Source of the DNA: a virus
Lineage: Duplodnaviria; Caudoviricetes
Virus record (IMG/VR): IMGVR_UViG_3300032225_002102
Coordinates: 32,001 to 96,000 of that record
Direction: 5' to 3' (one strand)
Length of the DNA stretch: 64,000 bases
The notes below the pieces were generated by a model. It did not search any database, was not told where the DNA came from, and saw only the letters and a list, made by a program, of their open reading frames with translations. Below, piece after piece: positions 60,578-64,000 of the stretch. The number at the start of each line of letters is the position of its first letter. The first letter of the stretch is position 1. Made by a program: the position numbers and the translations under genes.

Positions 60578-62152
60578 ACAATTAAAACATTGAATGATTT
60601 AGATTACACTTATCTAAGAGCTTTACCCAACTATCTAATTGCTAATGAAAATTATGAAAAGATGAAAGGTAAAACTCTTAGATTATTAGTTATACTTACA
60701 GGTTTAAAAACTTGGAAAAAGATTTTAGAAAAATGGAATGGTTTTAGTTTACATGAATTAATTTGGTTGGAATATGAAAGATAAAATATTAAAATGGTGG
60801 AATAGAAAATGGGGTGTTTGGGAAAAATATGAAAATATTTATAGTATTTCAAGATTTGGATATAAAGAGGAACTTATTTATATAAAATTAAAAAGAACCT
60901 CTGATGATGGTTTAATTGAATTTAAAATTATAAAATACTGATAAATAACATTGAACAAAAAGAAATGCTTAGTAGGACACTTCTAGAAAAAAACTAATTA
61001 CCATCTCGCTGTTATCAACGAGATGGTTTAAAAACAAAACAGGATTAAACTATCTATAACTTGTGAACAAAAAATCAAATAAGCACAAAACTAATAACAA
61101 CAATACTTTGTTATCAGCTACTTTTCTTATCAACAAGGGATTTAAATTGGTAGAGGAAACACCGTTTGAAAATTTTGATATGCCTTACTATGCGAAGGAA
61201 GGTGTAATACTTTTATTCAACACACCAGTAAATGAATGGAATAAAAGTAATTTCCTTGTAGGGAGTGCTGAAATGAGATGTGGAAAGTATTATGCTGTTG
61301 TGTTTCGTTGGATAAAAGAGCAAAAAGATCTTATTGAAATTTACAAAGCAGTAAAAGGTAAGGATTTAGATAGTACCAACGAGATAGTTGCAAGAATTTA
61401 AAATTATAAAAGTATGATAACTAAAATATATACTAGAGGTAATTGGAAAAATATTAAACCAGAAACTCCTCCAAAAGATATGAGAGAAGTAACCTCATTT
61501 GCTGTTACAAATCAATTAAGAAATTTAGTTAAGTTACAAGGTGGTTATTATGTTATTAATAATAAAGGACAATTTGAATTTTTAGGAAGAGCATTATATT
61601 TATTTAGTTTTCAAGATTATTATAATAAAGCAAAATGAAAAATAAAATTATAGTACAAATAATAACAATTCTTATGTTCAGTTTTTTCTTTTGGTATTTA
61701 ATATTTGGATTTGTATCTAACGAATTTAATATTTGGAAGTGGGAAATAATAACAAGAGCATTTTATGTAATAATTAGTTATATAACATTTATTAGTAAAA
61801 CTTTGAAAGAGCTATGAAAAGTGAAGTAATATGTGTAAATGCAGAGTTTACACTTGATCAATTAACATTCTGGAAAAAACATGGAGTAGTTCACCCAGAA
61901 TTAAATAAAATGTATTGTGTGAGAGATGTTATAGTTCATATAGATAATGCAGGAACAGGTGTATTATTAGAAGAAATTATTAATCCTAATGTTCCTATTA
62001 ATACTTCATTTGGGGTAATTGAACGTGAAGTTTCTTGGAATTTAAACAGGTTTCGTGATTTACAGGGATTACCTTTACAGAAAGAAGAAATAGAAATTAA
62101 ACAAACAAATTATACTGAAATTTAATTTTTAATAACAAAAACAAATAAAACA

Positions 62153-62935
62153 ATGAACTTAGAACAATTTGAACAAACAGTAGTACCTACATTAAATCCT
62201 GATAAATACAGGATAACTGTAAAAGGATTTTTTAGAATGATTAAAGCACAATCTGTATATAAAACAGAATTTCCTTTTAATAATGAATATGAAAGATATT
62301 TTTTAATTGAGAATGGTGTTTACACTCTTTCTGATACTGCTAAAATGGATATTAATGAATCATTCAAATTAGAAGATAATTATAATGGTATTACTTTTGA
62401 AAAAACAGAAAAAAGTTGTTATGTAAATGTACCCAAAAACAGATTTATTTTAGTAAATGAACAAGTTACAGATAATCTTATTGTAGTAGAAAAAGATAGA
62501 AGTACAAAAGAAGAAGTATTTGATTTAGAATATAATAATGAGTACTTAGTTGAAACAAATAAAACTATAGATACAATAAATACACTAGAAACAACTAAAG
62601 ATTTTTATAAGTTTGTAGCAAATACTTTAGATAATTGTAAGAACACGCTAATTAATAAAGGTAGAGAATATACTGAATCACATTGGTTAGAAAACTTTGA
62701 AGATGCTTGTAGATTTAAAGGATTAGAAATCAATAGTACTAATCTTATTAAAATACTAGATGGTTATAGATTAAAACATCAAGTTAGTATTGTGAAACTT
62801 CAGAAAGATATTGAAAATGGTAAGTATGTTAGTACTGATTTAATCAATGAGAAGTATGTTGATTTAATGAATTATAATCTTATTGAACAAGCAATTATTC
62901 TAAAATATAATCATATCAATAAAATTAGTTTTTAA
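62153..62935 (+). CDS. Protein with C-terminal all-helical nucleotide-modification-associated domain
   Basis: KG.EY......NF...KH...EK..DL.NY. Confidence 0.5.
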   Translation: MNLEQFEQTVVPTLNPDKYRITVKGFFRMIKAQSVYKTEFPFNNEYERYFLIENGVYTLSDTAKMDINESFKLEDNYNGITFEKTEKSCYVNVPKNRFILVNEQVTDNLIVVEKDRSTKEEVFDLEYNNEYLVETNKTIDTINTLETTKDFYKFVANTLDNCKNTLINKGREYTESHWLENFEDACRFKGLEINSTNLIKILDGYRLKHQVSIVKLQKDIENGKYVSTDLINEKYVDLMNYNLIEQAIILKYNHINKISF

Positions 62936-63892
62936 TGAGCACATTTTTTATAACACTTGGAATACTAGAATTTATTTGGTTTGTATTTTTAATCATGTAT
63001 GGATTTTTTGAAGCACATTACAGGTATAAAAAATTTAAATATGATAAAATTAAATTGAATCATTATATTTCTAAAGTAATATTGAGTATAGAATTCATTA
63101 GTGTTTGGTTTGTAGGAGCAGTTCTTATACTTTGTGTAGCTGTTCCTGCTACTTTTTTTATGTTTATTTTTAACTTTATTGAAAAATTAATTGAGAAATT
63201 ATGAGAAGGAAAATATTAGTAACTTACTCTGTAAAGTATTGTAAAGAAATAGAATTAGAAGTTAATGAAAATATAAATAGTATATTTAAAGTTGATACTA
63301 TTATAACAGCTGATGATTTTCCTACATCATTCACTAATTTAGAAGAACAACCTGAAATTTCTGATTTACCAATTCCTGTTTTAGCAGAAAGTGAAGGTAG
63401 ATTTGATTTATTAGAAGTAGAATATATAGATGGTAGTTTTGAAGTTGAATCCTTTGAATTAATAGAAAAATGAAAAATTGTGATTATATATTAGTAAAAA
63501 TTGATGAGAGTGGTATTTGTATATTTAAACCTTATTACAAAGAAGATTTAGAAGATTGGTTTTTAACTAAAGGTGTAAAACAAGAAGAATGTTTATTCTT
63601 AGAAGATTTTGAAGAGTATGATACAGAGTATCCAGATGAGCTGATAAAGTATATTATCATTAAAGGTGAAATTGTTTTACCTAAAGAAGAAAAAGTTGTA
63701 ACTAAATTAACGTTGTAAAAATGGATTCTGAAATTAGTAAAAAAGCATTTGAAATTATAAATGAGTTTGCTAAAGTTTTATTTTCAGATAAAAATAAAGT
63801 AGATATAAATAAAATAATTAAATTTAAAATAGTGAACGGAGTTTTAAAAATAAATGGAAAAGATAGTTATTATAAACAAATAAAAAATAAAA

Positions 63893-64000
63893 ATGAAAAT
63901 AGAACAGTATCAAATTGAAGCAAAACGTACCTGTCCTACATTAGGAAGTGATAAATTAGATTTAGCTCACATGGTTCTTGGAATTTTTAGTGAGTTTGAA
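63893..64000 (+). CDS. MazG-like NTP pyrophosphohydrolase (runs off window end)
   Basis: MKIEQYQIEAKRT...LAHMVLGIFSEFE. Confidence 0.6.
   Translation, partial: MKIEQYQIEAKRTCPTLGSDKLDLAHMVLGIFSEFE

Noticed and set aside
20884-60852. Short minus-strand ORFs within plus-strand genes (e.g. 20884, 21015, 25396, 25684, 43993, 50056, 53339)
   Set aside because: Fully overlap real genes and have no motifs
1-64000. Genome-wide stop codon reassignment
   Set aside because: Long genes are intact in the standard code, and TAG/TGA end apparently real genes (e.g. 22673, 24969, 21303)

Overview
Very AT-rich segment of a crAss-like (Crassvirales-type) phage genome. A Bacteroidota host is inferred from TAnnTTTG promoters and A-rich, SD-less start regions. 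1-20.6 kb (minus strand) is the virion/packaging module: Cys-rich structural genes, auxiliary capsid, ring, major capsid, scaffold, portal and intein-containing TerL, plus HU/IHF-like, exonuclease and homing endonuclease genes. From about 20.7 kb nearly all genes are on the plus strand. The 20.7-27.3 kb putative early region is unusually rich in non-coding structure: a complete type III hammerhead ribozyme, a 62-nt anticodon-less tRNA/tmRNA-TLD mimic, a ~220-nt doubly pseudoknotted RNA, twin hairpins and three 22-bp-period palindromic repeats beside a RepL-like gene. It also carries a stand-alone homologue of CRISPR type III protein Csx15 and a Cys-catalytic signal-anchored lysozyme. 28-64 kb holds replication and nucleotide metabolism genes (PolB, ThyX, SF2 and DnaB helicases, intein-containing AAA ATPase, SSB, primase, rIIA/rIIB, DUF932, degenerate UDG, BRO-N, MazG-like) and many small paralogous ORFs and gene remnants. 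All assignments come from reading motifs by eye; no searches or folding programs were run.
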